Below, piece after piece: positions 13,501 to 27,792 of a stretch of 64,000 bases of DNA. A model generated the notes under the pieces. That model saw only the letters and a list, made by a program, of their open reading frames with translations, was not told where the DNA came from and did not search any database. How positions within the stretch are numbered: position 1 is the stretch's first letter; every line of letters begins with the position of its first letter. This DNA is from Anaeramoeba ignava BMAN (lineage: Eukaryota; Protista; Anaeramoebae), in the NCBI GenBank assembly GCA_028826165.1, contig JAPDFW010000107.1, positions 124,001 to 188,000 on the forward strand. The letters run 5' to 3'. A program made the position numbers and the translations under genes.

Positions 13501-14903
13501 TTTAACAAGAATTTTAACAAGAATTTTAACAAGAATTTTAACAAGAATTTTAACAAGAAATTTAACAAGAAATTTAACAAGAAATTTATAATTAAATTTA
13601 TAAACAAATTTATAAACAAATTTATAAACAAATTTATAATTAAATTTATAAACAAATTTATCTATTAAATTTATAATTAAATTTATAATTAAATTTATAA
13701 ACAAATTTATAAACAAATTTATAAACAAATTTATAAACAAATTTATAATTAAATTTATAATTAAATTTATAATTAATTTTATAATTAAATTTATAATTAA
13801 ATTTATAATTAAATTTATAATTAAATTTATAATTAATTTTATAATTAAATTTATAATTAAATTTATAATTAAATTTATAATTAAATTTATAATTATATTT
13901 ATAATTAAATTTATAATTAAATTTATAATTAATTTTATAATTAAATTTATAATTATATTTATAATTAAATTTATAAACAAATTTATAATTAAATTTATAA
14001 TTAAAATTTATAAACAAATTTATAAACAAATTTATAAACAAATTTATAAACAAATTGATTTATAATTAAATTTATAATTAAATTTATAATTAAATTTATA
14101 ATTAAATTTATAATTAAATTTATAATTAAATTTTAATTAAAATTAAAATTTATAATTAAATTTATAATTAAATTTATAATTAAATTTATAAACAAATTTA
14201 TAATTAAATTTATAATTAAATTTATAAACAAATTTATAATTAAATTTATAATTAAATTTATAAACAAATTTATAATTAAATTTATAATTAAAATTATAAT
14301 TAAATTTATAATTAAAATTATAATTAAATTTATAAACAAATTTTATAATTAAATTTATAAACAAATTTATAAAAAATTTATAATTAAATTTATAATTAAA
14401 TTTATAAACAAATTTATAATTAAATTTATAATTAAATTTATAAACAAATTTATAATTAAATTTATAAACAAATTTATAATTAAATTTATAATTATATTTA
14501 TAATTAAATTTATAATTAAATTTATAATTAAATTTATAATTATATTTATAATTATATTTATAATTAAATTTATAATTAAATTTATAAATAAATTTATAAT
14601 TAAATTTATAATTAAATTTATAATTAAAATTATAATTAAATTTATAATTAAATTTATAATTAAAATTATAAACAAATTTATAATTAAATTTATAATTAAA
14701 ATTATAATTAAATTTATAATTAAATTTATAATTAAATTTTATAATTTTTGGATAATTTTTTAGATCATTTGGAAGCTTTAAAGACTAGTGAATTACTTGG
14801 ACATTTAAATTGGATTAATGAACAATATTCTGAAAATCATGATGTTCTTAAACAACAACAAAGATTATATGAGAAATTGAGTGGACAAAAAGAAAACTTT
14901 TAA
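10509..14903 (+). CDS. Armadillo (ARM)-repeat protein, 4 exons
   Basis: Exons 10509-10691, 10797-11229, 12153-13445 and 14764-14903 have GT-AG ends and consistent phases. C-terminal ARM repeats: GIQTILEIMQ…IKAIWGM, GLKVILNVM…NACATLWIL, GIHVILQSM…NACGVLWNL, GIKIILHSL…YACGVLANI. Confidence 0.85.
11230..12152 (+). repeat. 923-nt intron filled with the 12-mer (TTTAATATTTAA/T)n
   Basis: GT at 11230 and AAG at 12150-12152, with an essentially pure A/T tandem array between. Confidence 0.9.
13446..14763 (+). repeat. 1318-nt intron: about 11 copies of ATTTTAACAAGA, then (AAATTTATAATT/AAATTTATAAAC)n
   Basis: GT at 13446 and TAG at 14761-14763. This explains the spurious ILTR tail of ORF 12155..13591. 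Confidence 0.9.
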
Positions 14904-15110
14904 AATTAATATTAAAATCAAAATTTAAAATTAAAAATTAAAAATTTAAAATTAAAATTAAAATTAAAATTAAAATTAAAAATTAAAATTAAAATTAAAA
15001 TTTAAAATTAAAATTAAAATTAAAATTAAAATTAAAATTTAAAATTAAAATTAAAATTAAAATTAAAATTAAAATTAAAATTAAAATTAAAATTAAAAAT
15101 TAAAAAAAAA
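14904..15110 (+). repeat. (AAAATT)n hexamer array in 3' UTR/intergenic DNA
   Basis: Directly visible tandem hexamer. Confidence 0.9.
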
Positions 15111-15352
15111 ATTAAACAAAAATCGGACACAAAAAAAAAGCAAAATATTTTTCTTCTTTTTTTTTTTTAATTTGCTTTCTTTCATTAATAATTACAACAA
15201 AAAAAAAAGTCATTCTCTTTTTCTTTTCAAATCAAAAATTTTTAATAAAAAAAAATAAAAAAAGAATTTAATTTTTTTTTTCATTTTTTTCATTTTTTCA
15301 TTTTTTTTGGACATTTGGAAAATATTATTAATATTAATATTATTATTATTAA

Positions 15353-18300
15353 ATGGAGCTTTTTGAAGATGAGATTGCAAAATCTCAAGTAAAATTAGTA
15401 ATTGATCTTGTTACACCAGCAGAACCACATTTCCGTTATTTTTATGGTAAAGAATCAGGACATGGACCAACAGTAGTTTTCGATCAAAATTCACTTCCTG
15501 TGTTTATGGAATGTTGGTATAAAGATTGGAGAGTGGGTAAATAAAAATAATCATTTGATTAAATCAAATTAAATTAAATCAAATTAAATTAAATCAAATC
15601 AAATTAAATTAAATTAAATTAAATTAAATTAAATTAAATTAAATTAAATCAAATTAATTTAAATTAAATTAAATTAAATTAATTTAAATCAAATTTAACA
15701 AAAATTTTTTTTTTCTTCTTTCCCATTGATTTTAAAAGCTAAAATACCTTGTTTTTCTGGGCATCCAATGCCAAAAGATGTAAATTTAAAAAATTTAAAA
15801 TTTAAAATTCATTTTAAAATTCATTTTGAAATTGAAATTAAAATTCATTTTGAAATTAAAATTAAAATTAAAATTCATTTTGAAATTAAAATTTAAATTG
15901 AAAATTCATTTTGAAATTAAAATTAAAATTCATTTTGAAATTAAAATTCATTTTGAAATTGAAATTCAAATTTAAAAATTAAAATTCATTTTGAAATTGA
16001 AATTAAAATTCATTTTGAAATTAAAATTAAAATTAAAATTCAATTTAAAATTAAAATTAAAATTAAAATTAAAATTATTTTTAAAGAATTCACCAAATTT
16101 TATTCGACTTAATGGTTTTCTTCGTAAAGAAGGAAATAGACATAAAGCAAAAAGACAAAGATGGTTTGAATTAACAGATTTTATGATTACATACCATAAA
16201 CAAATGGGTGGAAAAGCAATGGGAACAATTCCTTTTTCTACAGTAAAGCACAGAATATTTATTATATAAATATATATTTTTATTAATTTAAATTTTAAAT
16301 TTAGATTTCTGAAATAAAACAAGATCAAGCCAAAAAAATTATTCATGTTATAACTCCTAATCGAACTTATATTCTTGAATCCGATTCGGATAGTTCACAT
16401 ACATTATGGTTTAGTGCTCTTTCCAAAGTTTTAGATCTTCGAAGAAAATTTTCAAAACAACTTCCAATCCTAAAAGTGATTATATAAATTATTTACATTA
16501 AAATTCATTTTAAAATTGAAATTCATTTTGAAATTAAAATTCATTTTGAAATTAAAATTCATTTTGAAATTAAAATTCATTTTGAAATTAAAATTAAAAT
16601 TCATTTTAAAATTAAAATTAAAATTAAAATTAAAATTAAAATTAAAATTCATTTTGAAATTTAAAATTAAAATTCATTTTGAAATTTAAAATTAAAATTC
16701 ATTTTGAAATTAAAATTAAAATTCATTTTGAAATTAAAATTAAAATTAAAATTAAAATTAAAATTAAAATTAAAATTAAAATTAAAATTAAAATTAAAAT
16801 TAAAATTGAAATTAAAATTAAAATTCATTTTGAAATTGAAATTAAAATTCATTTTGAAATTGAAATTAAAATTCATTTTGAAATTAAAATTAAAATTCAT
16901 TTTGAAATTAAAATTAAAATTAATTTTAAAATTCATTTTGAAAATTTTGAAATTAAAAAATTATATATAAAAGACTCTCCTACAAGAAACAAAACCACAA
17001 AACCTCATTTCTATAATTCGAAAAGAACCAGAAAATATCAAAGCTATTAACGAATTCAGAAACTCAGGAGGAAAAGGTGTTTTTCTATATTTCTTATCAA
17101 AAACAGGAATGGAAGGTTTCTTGAATGAACTCCTTGCTCACAAATATGATTTTAATATTTCAGCAGAATTATTAAAGATCAACAGCCAACATTTCACAGA
17201 CCATTTTAAAAAATGGAAAGACCCAACTCTCATTCTAAATTTCTTAAAAGTGACTTCTTTGAGCAATTACTTTGTTTCTTTTGATGTTTTAAAAGAATGG
17301 CTGAATTACTTTAACGATCTTAAGAAATTCGATATTATTGAAGACTTAATTGCTCAAGATGAAAGACTTCTTCAATTTGTAAATGCAATGAAATCAAAAG
17401 AACAATTGGAAATTTTCAGGAAAGAAAAAGAAGAAAGTGATAAATTCAGAGATCTTTACGAACAATCCCTATCAGAAAAAAAAGGATTAGAAAAGCAAAT
17501 CCAAATCATTACTAAAAAAAAGGAAAAAGAAATTCAGAAAAAAAATAAAGAAATTGAAGATCTGGAAATAAAATCACAAGAGGAAACTCTAAAATTGGAA
17601 AAAGAAATTAAAAAACTTCATGAATCTATTGAAGAAAAAGAAAATCAAATCAAATCACTAACTGAATCAAATGAACAGAATGTCACAAAATTCAAAAAGA
17701 AAAAAGATAAATTAACTCAACAAATTAATGAATTAAATTCAAATTATTCAAATCTACAAGAAGAAAAAGAAACATTAAATGAAAAATTAAATGAATCAAT
17801 TTCAAATTATTCAAATTTAAAGGAAGAAAAAGAAACACTAAATGAAAAATTAAATGAATTAAATTCAAATCATACAAATTTAAAAAAAGAAAAAGAAACA
17901 TTAAATGAAAAATTAAACAAATTAAATTTAAATTTTTCAAATTTAAACGATGAAAAAAAAGAAATTGAAACTAAAATTTCAACCAAAAAACAAAAAATAT
18001 CCAATTTAAAAAAGGAAAAAGAAGATTTACACAAAACAAAACAAGAGGAAATTCTTAGGGCTGATTCCTTGAAAAATAGTTTAACTCAACTTCAAACTAC
18101 ACATGAAAATACAAATAAAGTTATTGAAGAACAAAAAAAAGAAATTGAAAATTTGAAAAAGAAACAAAAAGAACTTAATAAAGATATTAAAGATTTAAAA
18201 GAAAAACATAAAAAAGAAATTGAAGAATCTAAAAAGAAACATTTAGAAACTGTTAATCAACATAAAGAAGAAAATGAAAAATTAAATCAACAATTTAATG

Positions 18301-21300
18301 AATCAAATTCAAATTATTTAAATTTACAAAAAGAAAAAGAAACATTAAATGAAAAAATTAATGAATTAAATTCTAATTATTCAAACTTACAAAAAGAAAA
18401 ACAAACACTAAATGAATTAAATTCCAATTTAAAAGAAGAAAAAGAAAAATTAAAAGAATTAAATTCAAATTTACAAGAAGAAAAAGATAAATTAACTCAA
18501 AAAATTAATGAATTAAATTCAAATTATTCAAATCTACAAGAAGAAAAAGAAACATTAAATGAAAAATTAAATGAATCAATTTCAAATTATTCCAATTTAA
18601 AAGAAGAAAAAGAAACACTAAATGAAAAATTAAATGAATTAAATTCAAATCATTCAAATTTAAAAAAAGAAAAAGAAACATTAAATGAAAAATTAAACGA
18701 ATTAAATTTAAATTTTTCAAATTTAAACGATGAAAAAAAAGAAATTGAAACTAAAATTTCAACCAAAAAACAAAAAATATCCAATTTAAAAAAGGAAAAA
18801 GAAGATTTACACAAAACAAAACAAGAGGAAATTCTTAGAGCTGATTCCTTGAAAAATAGTTTAACTCAACTTCAAACTACACATGAAAATACAAATAAAG
18901 TTATTGAAGAACAAAAAAAAGAAATTGAAAATTTGAAAAAGAAAAAAAAAGAACTTAATAAAGATATTAAAGATTTAAAAGAAAAACATAAAAAAGAAAT
19001 TGAAGAATCCAAAAAGAAACATTTAGAAACTGTTAATCAACATAAAGAAGAAAATGAAAAATTAAATCAACAATTTAATGAATCGAATTCAAATTATTTA
19101 AATTTACAAAAAGAAAAAGAAACATTAAATGAAAAAATCAATGAATTAAATTCAAATTTACAAAAAGAAAAACAAACAATAAATGAATTAAATTCCAATT
19201 TAAAAGAAGAAAAAGAAACATTAAATCAAAAAATAAACGACTTAAATTCAAATTTACAGGAAGAAAAAGAGAAATCAACTCAAAAAATCAATGAATTAAA
19301 TTCAAATTATTCAAATCTACAAAAAGAAAACGAAACACTAAATGAAAAATTAAATGAATCAATTTCAAATTTACAAAATCAACTCAAAAATTAAATGAAT
19401 TAAATTCTAATTATTCAAATTTACAAAAAGAAAACGAAAAATTAAATGAAAAATTAAATGAATTAAATTCAGAGTTAAAAGAAGAAAAAGATAAATTAAC
19501 TCAACAAATTAATGAATTAAATTCAAATTATTCAAATTTAAAAGAAGAAAAAGAAACACTAAATGAAAAATTAAATGAATTAAATTCAAATCATTCAAAT
19601 TTAAAAAAAGAAAAAGAAATATTAAATGAAAAAATAAATGAATTAAATTCAAATTATTCCAATTTAAAAGAAGAAAAAGAAACATTAAATGAAAAATTAA
19701 ATGAATTAAATTCAAATCATACAAATTTAAAAAAAGAAAAAGAAACACTAAATGAAAAATTAAATGAATTAAATTCAAATTATTTAAGTTTACAAGATGA
19801 GAAAAAAGAAATTGAAACTAAAATTTCCAAAAAAAAACAAAAAATATCCAATTTAAAAAAGGAAAAAGAAGAATTACACAGAATAAAACAAGAGGAAATT
19901 CTTAGAGCTGATTCCTTGAAAACTAGTTTAAATGAAACACAAAATACACATGAAAATATAAATAAAATTATTGAAGAACAAAAAAAAGAAATTGAAAATT
20001 TGAAAAAGAAAAAAAAAGAACTTAATAAAGATATTAAAGATTTAAAAGAAAAACATAAAAAAGAAATTGAAGAATCCAAAAAGAAGCATTTAGAAACTGT
20101 TAATCAACATAAAGAGGAAAATGAAAAATTAAATCAACAATTTAATGAATTGAATGTAAATTATACAAATTTAAATCAACAATTTAATCAATCGAATTCA
20201 ACTTATTCCAATTTACAAAAAGAAAAAGAAAAACTAAATGAAAAATTAAATGAATTAAATTCAAATTATTCAAATTTACAAAAAGAAAATGAAAAATTAA
20301 ATGAAAAATTAAATGAATCAAATTTAAATTACACAAATTTACAAGAACAAAATGAAAAATTAAATTCAAATCACACAAATTTAAAAGAAGAAAAAGAAGC
20401 ATTAAATCAAAAATTAAATGAATTAAATTCAAATCATACAAATTTAAAAGAAGAAAACGAAACATTAAATCAAAAAATAAATGAATTAAATTCAAATTTG
20501 CAAAAAGAAAAAGAAACACTAAATGAAAAAATAAATGAATTAAATTCAAATTATTCAAATCTACAAGAAGAAAAAGAAACACTAAACGAAAAATTAAATC
20601 AATTAAATTCCCAGATAAAAGATGAAAAAGAAACATCAAATCAACAAGTAAACGAGCTAAATTCAAATTATTCAGATTTACAAAAAGAAAATGAAGCATT
20701 AAATCAAAAAATAAATGAATTAAATTCCAATTATTCAATTTTGCAAAAAGAAAATGAAAAACTAAATGAATTAAATTCAAATCATTCCAGCTTAAAAAAT
20801 GAAAAAGAAACATTAAATGAAAAATTAAATGAATTAAATTCAAATTATTTAAGTTTACAAGATGAAAAAAAAGAAATTGAAACTAAAATTTCAACCAAAA
20901 AACAAAAAATATCCAATTTAAAAAAGGAAAAAGAAGAATTACACAGAATAAAACAAGAGGAAATTCTTAGGGCTGATTCCTTGAAAAATAGTTTAACCCA
21001 ACTCCAAAATACACATGAAAATACAAATAAAATTATTGAAGAACAAAAAAAGGAAATTGAAAATTTGAAAAAGAAAAAAAAAGAACTTAATAAAGATATT
21101 AAAGATTTAAAAGAAAAACATAAAAAAGAAATTGAAGAATCTAAAAAGAAAAATTTAGAAACTGTTAATCAACATAAAGAGGAAAATGAAAAATTAAATG
21201 AAAAATTAAATGAATCAAATTCACATTTACAAAAAGAAAACGAAAAATTAAATGAAAAATTAAATGAATTAAATTCAAATTTACAAAAAGAAAAAGAAAA

Positions 21301-22837
21301 ACTAAATGAATTAAATTCACATTTACAAAAAGAAAACGAAAAATTAAATGAAAAAATAAATGAATTAAATTCAAATTTACAAAAAGAAAAAGAAAAACTA
21401 AATGAAATAAATGAATTAAATTCAAATTTACAAAAAGAAAATGAAACACTAAATGAAAAAATAACTCAATTAAATTCAAATTATTCAAACTTACAAAAAC
21501 AAAATGAAAAACTAAATGAATTAAATTCAAATCTACAAAAAGAAAAAGAAATATTAAATGAAAAATCCAAAATTGAAATATCAAAACAAGAAAAGAAAAT
21601 CGAGGAGAATAAAGAAAATTTAAACTCAAACCTTAAAGAACAAGAAAAAACAAAAGAATCAGAACAAATCGAAAATACTCCAATTACAAATCAAGAACTC
21701 AAAGCAAAGGAAGATAATGAAAACAAAGAAAATAAAACGATGATATCTATGGATGAGAAAGAAATCATGAGGTTATTGCGTCAAAACATAAAAGCCTTGT
21801 TAAATAATTATTTGGAAGAACCTAAAGTTGTTATTAGTTCAAATGTGTTCTTTAAAATTGATAGTGATTCAAACGAAGCCCTGAATCTCATCAAGATTCT
21901 TTCTTCAATTTTCTTCAACAATCTGGAGAGGAATTCTGAAAATAAAACAGAAACAATTTGCGATGCTTTAAAAAGCACAAATACAAAATTAATTTCAAAC
22001 ATAATCACACTTGTTGAGAGACAGTACATCAAACCACAAGAAACCGAAAAGGAAGTGAAAACAATTACAATTTCCATTTTGACAGCATTGAATCAATCAA
22101 AGCTTCCCGAATTATTCACGGAAATTGCAGGCTCAATTCCAATTTTATCGAAAGTATATAATTCTAACGCAATCATTCTGAATCAAGATTTCTTGAAGCG
22201 TTTGATCCATAAACTGTCAAAATTGAAGGCATGTTTTTTCTCACAGAAAATCCATTTGGAAACAATTGTTCAATCATTTATTGAGACAATTCCCGAACCA
22301 CCAGCATTAAAACCATCTTCTTTGGTTTTACTTCAGTTAACAGTCAAGCAAATAACAAAGCATTTTTCAACTTATTCAGAAAATGCATTTGGAGATGAAT
22401 CCAAAGATCCGGTTCTTGCCGATCTTATCCAGCAAAACTTGTTTACAAATATCATGGACATCCTGAAAATTGGATTTAAAACAAAAGCAAAATTCAGTCA
22501 AAAACATATTTGGAATATTTTCGAAACTCTTTCCAAATCAAAAAGTAAAGATCCTGTTTTCCAAAAAATTGATGGTTTGGTTAAATCACTTAATAAACAA
22601 TCCAAAATTAGTAAGGAGCATGATTTGAAAACAAAAGGCTTTATTCGAGCTTGTTTGAAACATAAAATATTGCATCTTGTTTTTCATTTTCTTTCTGAAA
22701 ATTTGGGTTCATGTTCAAAATTGATTGAATCTTATGAATTTCAATTTTATCAAACAAGAATTTCTCAAATGATTGAAGAATTAAAACCTTTATCAAATTA
22801 TACTTTTAAAACTCGTTGGGATTTTGGTCTTTATTAA
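15353..22837 (+). CDS. PH domain, very long coiled coil and C-terminal RUN domain(s); 5 exons; one frameshift at ~19375
   Basis: Exons 15353-15536, 15739-15779, 16087-16242, 16305-16475 and 16974-22837 are phase-consistent. PH motifs: LNGFLRKEGNRHKAKRQRWFEL…GTIPF…TPNRTYILE…WFSAL. RUN motifs: LKIGFK…HIWNIF…KTKGFIRACLKHKILH. A second, more divergent RUN-like unit lies at ~21750-22260. Confidence 0.8.
15537..16973 (+). repeat. Introns filled with (AAATT/AAATC)n and (AAAATT)n / AAAATTCATTTTG repeats
   Basis: Introns 15537-15738, 15780-16086 and 16476-16973 are mostly tandem pentamer, hexamer or 18-mer repeats. Confidence 0.85.
17700..21250 (+). repeat. Four large intragenic tandem duplications of a coiled-coil block
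   Basis: The marker GAAATTCTTAG(G/A)GCTGATTCCTTGAAAA (EILRADSLK) occurs at 18048, 18828, 19895 and 20960, giving spacings of 780, 1067 and 1065 nt. Confidence 0.92.
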
Positions 22838-22914
22838 AGAAAAAATAAGAAGAAATTTAATTGAAATTTTTTTTTTTTTTTTTTGAAAGAAAAATAATTA
22901 AAAGAGAAAAAAAG

Positions 22915-23150
22915 AGATCTTTCCTTTTTAATATTTCCTTTTAATCTTTCTTTTTAATCTTTCCTTTTAATCTTTCTTTTTAATCTTTCCTTTTAATCTT
23001 TCTTTTTAATCTTTCCTTTTTAATATTTCCTTTTTAATATTTCCTTTTAATCTTTCTTTTTAATCTTTCTTTTTAATCTTTCCTTTTAATCTTTCTTTTT
23101 AATCTTTCCTTTTAATCTTTCTTTTTAATCTTTCTTTTTAATCTTTCTTT
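22915..23150. repeat. 13-15-mer array (TTTTAATCTTTC[C/T])n in the translin 3' UTR
   Basis: The unit is the reverse complement of the translin terminal codons and stop (AAAGATTAAAA). Confidence 0.85.
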
Positions 23151-24943
23151 GTTATTTTTTGAGAGAGTGATTGAATTGTTTGAAGTTTATGAACATCAAA
23201 AACAACTTCTTCAATTTTCTTTAAATCAAATTTCAAAGAGTTAATTTTCTTTCCAAAAACATCATTATTAGTGTTTAGTAATTTAAATCTTGAATAAATT
23301 TCAGAAACAACTAAAGAAATTTTCCAAGGCATTTCATAATTTCCAGCAGTAACAGAATTAACACATAATCTTGCCTTTAAAACCATTTTTTTTTAAAATA
23401 ATTTTTTTAATTTCAATTTTAATTTCAATTTTAATTTCAATTTTAATTTCAATTTTAATTTTAATTTTAATTTTAATTTTAATTTTAATTTTAATTTTAA
23501 TTTCAAATTGAATTTCAATTTTAATTTTAATTTTAATTTTAATTTTAATTTTAATTTCAATTTCAATTTTAATTTCAAAATGAATTTTAATTTTAATTTT
23601 AATTTTAATTTCAATTTTAATTTTAATTTCAATTTCAATTTTAATTTCAATTTCAATTTTAATTTTAATTTTAATTTTAATTTTAATTTTAATTTTAATT
23701 TTAATTTCAAAAATGAATTTCAAATAATTTTAATTTTAATTTCAATTTTAATTTCAATTTGAATTTTAATTTTAATTTCAAAATTTCAATTTCAATTTCA
23801 ATTTTAATTTTAATTTCAATTTTAATTTTAATTTTAATTTTAATTTTTAATTTTAAATTTAATTTTAATTTTAATTTCAATTTTAATTTTAAATGAATTT
23901 TAATTTCAATTTTAATTTCAATTTTAATTTTAATTTTAATTTTAATTTTAATTTCAATTTTAATTTTAATTTTAATTTTAATTTTAATTTCAAAATAAAT
24001 TTCAAAATGAATTTTAATTTTAATTTTAATTTCAATTTTAATTTTAATTTCAATTTTAATTTTAATTTCAATTTTAATTTCAATTTTAATTTCAATTTTA
24101 ATTTCAATTTTAATTTCAATTTTAATTTTAATTTCAATTTTAATTTTAATTAAATTTTAAAATTTTAATTTCAAAATTAATTTTAATTTCAATTTTAATT
24201 TCAATTTTAATTTTAATTTCAATTTCAAAATGAATTTTAATTTTAATTTTAATTTTAATTTTAATTTTAATTTTAAAATGAATTTTAATTTCAATTTTAA
24301 TTTTAATTTTAATTTCAATTTTAATTTCAAAATGAATTTCAAAATGAATTTTAAATTAATTTAATTTTTACAAGTTCACTGCAAAATTTAAAAAGTGAAA
24401 GTAAATAAATATGAACATCAATTCCAAGATCATTTTCTTTTTCTGGTATTTCTAATCCTAAAATATCAGCAATTTCTGAAAAAAGATAAACTCGTTCATT
24501 TTCAATCCAACCAAGAAATAAAATGTTAAAAAATGTAGAAGAACAAGTAAATTTCCAAGAATCATAAAATTTATGATGATATTCTTTGGGAATTGTTTCA
24601 AAAAGTGATTTATAATGTTGTTTTAATTCAGGAATAAATTCTTTTGATTTTTGAACAATTTCATTTTCTTTTATTTTTATTTTTATTTTTATTTTTATTT
24701 TTATTTTTATTTTTATTTTTATTTTTATTTTTAAAAAATTTTTTTTTTAATTTTTTTTTAATAAAGAAATTTAAATAATAATAATAATAATTTACTATCA
24801 TGATTTTTAAAATGTGCTTTTGAAAGTATAATTTGAAATGATTTGTTAATTTTTTCAATATTTTCTATAATTTTATGAATTTCTTCTTTTTGATTTGAGT
24901 TTTTAATTTGAATTTGTTCAAATTTTTTAAAAATTTCATCCAT
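23138..24943 (-). CDS. TSN: Translin (C3PO subunit), 3 exons
   Basis: Exons are 24943-24796, 24667-24372 and 23374-23138. The product …PKEYHHKFYDSWKF…ILGL…GIDVHIYLLSLFKFCSEL|ARLCVNSVTAGNYEMP…FKLLNTNNDVFGKKINSLKFDLKKIEEVVFDV matches the translin consensus (SELSRLSVNSVTAGDY…KYDVKKVEEVVYD). Confidence 0.92.
23375..24371 (-). repeat. 997-nt translin intron 2 filled with (AAAATT)n in sense orientation
   Basis: The plus strand reads (AATTTT)n; GT and AG ends lie on the minus strand. Confidence 0.9.
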
Positions 24944-25045
24944 TTTTTTGAATTAATTAATTTTTATTCTTTTAAAAATGAAAAAATGAAAAATGAAAAA
25001 TGAAAAAATGAAAAATAATTTTTTTTTCTTTTGATTTTTTTTGGT

Positions 25046-27679
25046 TCATTTTCGATGAGTTTGTTCGCAAATATGATTATATCTTTGGCAATGAGAAAGT
25101 TTATGAGTTTGAGTTCTACAATTTCTTCCATACCAACAATTATCTCTTTTAGGGAATTGATCATCAATTTTAACTCTATATCCATAAAGTAATTCATTTA
25201 GAAAAGGAATAAAACAATTTTTGCAAATTAAAGAATTAGAACGAAAAGCATGAAATTTTGGCATTTCAACTAATAAAAATAAATTTAAAATTAAATTTTA
25301 AAATCAAATTAAATTTGTTTTGAATATTTAAATCATTTTACTTGCTGTGTATTCTGATTTATCTAATTTTTCTAACATTGTTTTATATAATTGAGTAAAA
25401 TCAATTGAATTTTTAGTTAAATAATCTTCAAATAGGAATTTTTCATGAGGATTTGAGTTAAAACTTGTTTGAGGAATTTCTTTCATTTCAAAATCGGAAA
25501 TTTTTTTCAAAAATCCTTTTCCTATAAAATTTAAATAAATTTATAAATAAATTTTTAAATAAATTTATAAATAAATTTTGAAATAAATATAAATATAAAT
25601 ATAAATATAAATATAAATATAAATATAAATATAAATATAAATATAAATATAAATATAAATATAAATATAAATATAAATATAAATATAAATATAAATATAA
25701 ATATAAATCTAAATCAAATAAAAAAAATAAATATAAATATAAATATATAAATATAAATATAAATATAAATATAAATATAAATATAAATATAAATATAAAT
25801 ATAAATATAAATATAAATATAAATATAAATATAAATATAAATATAAATATAAATATAAATATAAATATAAATATAAATATAAATATAAATATAAAATATA
25901 AATATAAATATAAATATAAAATAAATATAAAATATAAAAATAAATATAAAATCTAAAAAATAAATATAAATCTAAATATAAATATAAAATATAAATATAA
26001 AATAAATATAAATCTAAATATAAATATAAATATAAATATAAATATAAATCTAAATATAAATATAAATATAAATATAATTATAAATATAATTATAAATATA
26101 AATATAAATCTAAATATAAATATAAATATAATTATAAATATAAATATAAATATAAATATAAATATAAATCTAAATCTAAATATAAATATAAATATAAATC
26201 TAAATCTAAATATAAATATCAATATAAATATAAATATAAATATAAAAATAAATCTAAATATAAATATAAAAATAAATCTAAATAACCTGCTAAAGCACTA
26301 CATCCCCAATATCCATCACAAAAATACTTCCGACAATTTTCACATTGAATTGAAAAATTTTGATCAGGTCTTTTTGGAAAAGGATTATAGCAAATAGAAC
26401 ACACATAATGATTAGGATTTTTTGGATCACATTGAAATCCATCTTGAGCACGAGGAACTCTACATTCTCTGCACACATCATAATCTTCAGAAGACTCTGA
26501 TTCTGAATCTGAACTATCGGATAATTCGGAAGTTGAAGATGAAGAAAATACATTGTTTCTTCTCCTAAAAGGTCTTGATTGACGAGAAAATGCAGAATTT
26601 GTAAATGAGGGTGTTTTTTGAGTTGATTTTTTCATTTCTTCATCTTTTTTCTTTTGTTGTTGAAGTTTGATTGTATCATCCATAATTTTGTTCAATTCAT
26701 CCAATTCCTTTAAATCTTTAGCATCTCTTCTCTTTTCAGGATGTTTTGTCAAGAAATCATCAACAATACTATTGATTGAATGGTTTCGTTGTATTTCAGA
26801 AACAGCAACTCTGCATGACGGACAAAGGTTACTTCGAAGCATCCATTGTGAATAACAAGCTCCACAAAAATTGTGCATGCAAGGAATCAAAGTAACGCAT
26901 TTATAAATCAAGTCTCGACAAATTGGACAGATGATATTTTCCATAATTACTTCATCCATTTGGATTGATTTTTGTTTTTCTATTGATTGTGGTTTTTGGT
27001 TAGTATTTTGCAAATGATTTTCTTCTTGAGAATTTGATTTTGCTTCTCTCATTCTTTTCATAGAAAATTCATCATTTTCTTGGTTTTCCAAAAAAGTATT
27101 TAAATTAGTTTTTCTTGATACGCGTTGATTTGAATTTTGATTTTCATTCATTTTTTGATTTTGATTTTCATTCATTTTTTCATTTTGATTTTCATTCATT
27201 TTTTGATTTTCATTTTCATTCATTTTTTGATTTTCATTTTCATTCATTTTTTCATTTTCATTTTCATTCATTTTTTGATTTTGATTTGAACGAAATATAT
27301 AAGTAATTGAATCGCTATTTTCTTCAGTTGGTGAACTTAATTCTGCAAAAGTAATCTCATCTCCATTCTGTATTCTTGCTGGAATACTTATTGGTACTTT
27401 TTTCTTGTTAACAAATACTCCATTTCTTGAAACATCAATAATGTAAATTGAACCTTGTTGATCATTCATTATTTTGCAATGCGTTGAACTTATTTTACTG
27501 TTGTTAATTTGATATTTTTTTTCTTTGCTTTCTCTTCCAATCAAAATGACATCTTCTGTTAGACTGATATGTGGATATTTTGAATTTAAACTCATTAAAA
27601 TACCCCATTCATTTGAATTAGTTTTTTCCGAATTCTCATTTTTATGTTGAACTTCCAAAGTATTTGTTCTTTTTAACAT
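25046..27679 (-). CDS. CHFR: E3 ubiquitin ligase CHFR (FHA, RING, Cys-rich region, PBZ), 3 exons
   Basis: Exons are 27679-26287, 25521-25342 and 25269-25046. FHA: IGRE…ISSTHC…DVSRNGVFVN. RING: CPICRDLIYKCVTLIPCMHNFCGACYSQW…CPSCR. PBZ: CWYGRNCRTQTHKLSHCQRYNHICEQT. Confidence 0.95.
25522..26286 (-). repeat. 765-nt CHFR intron filled with (ATATTT)n on the sense strand, (AAATAT)n on the plus strand
   Basis: Tandem hexamer between GT (26286) and TAG (25522). Confidence 0.9.
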
Positions 27680-27792
27680 TTTTTTTTTCTTTTTCTTTTA
27701 TATTTTCTTTTATTAAAAAATTTTATAATAATAATAATAAAAAAAAAACAAATGAAAAATGAAATTTTTTTATAACAAAAAAAAAATTTTTT

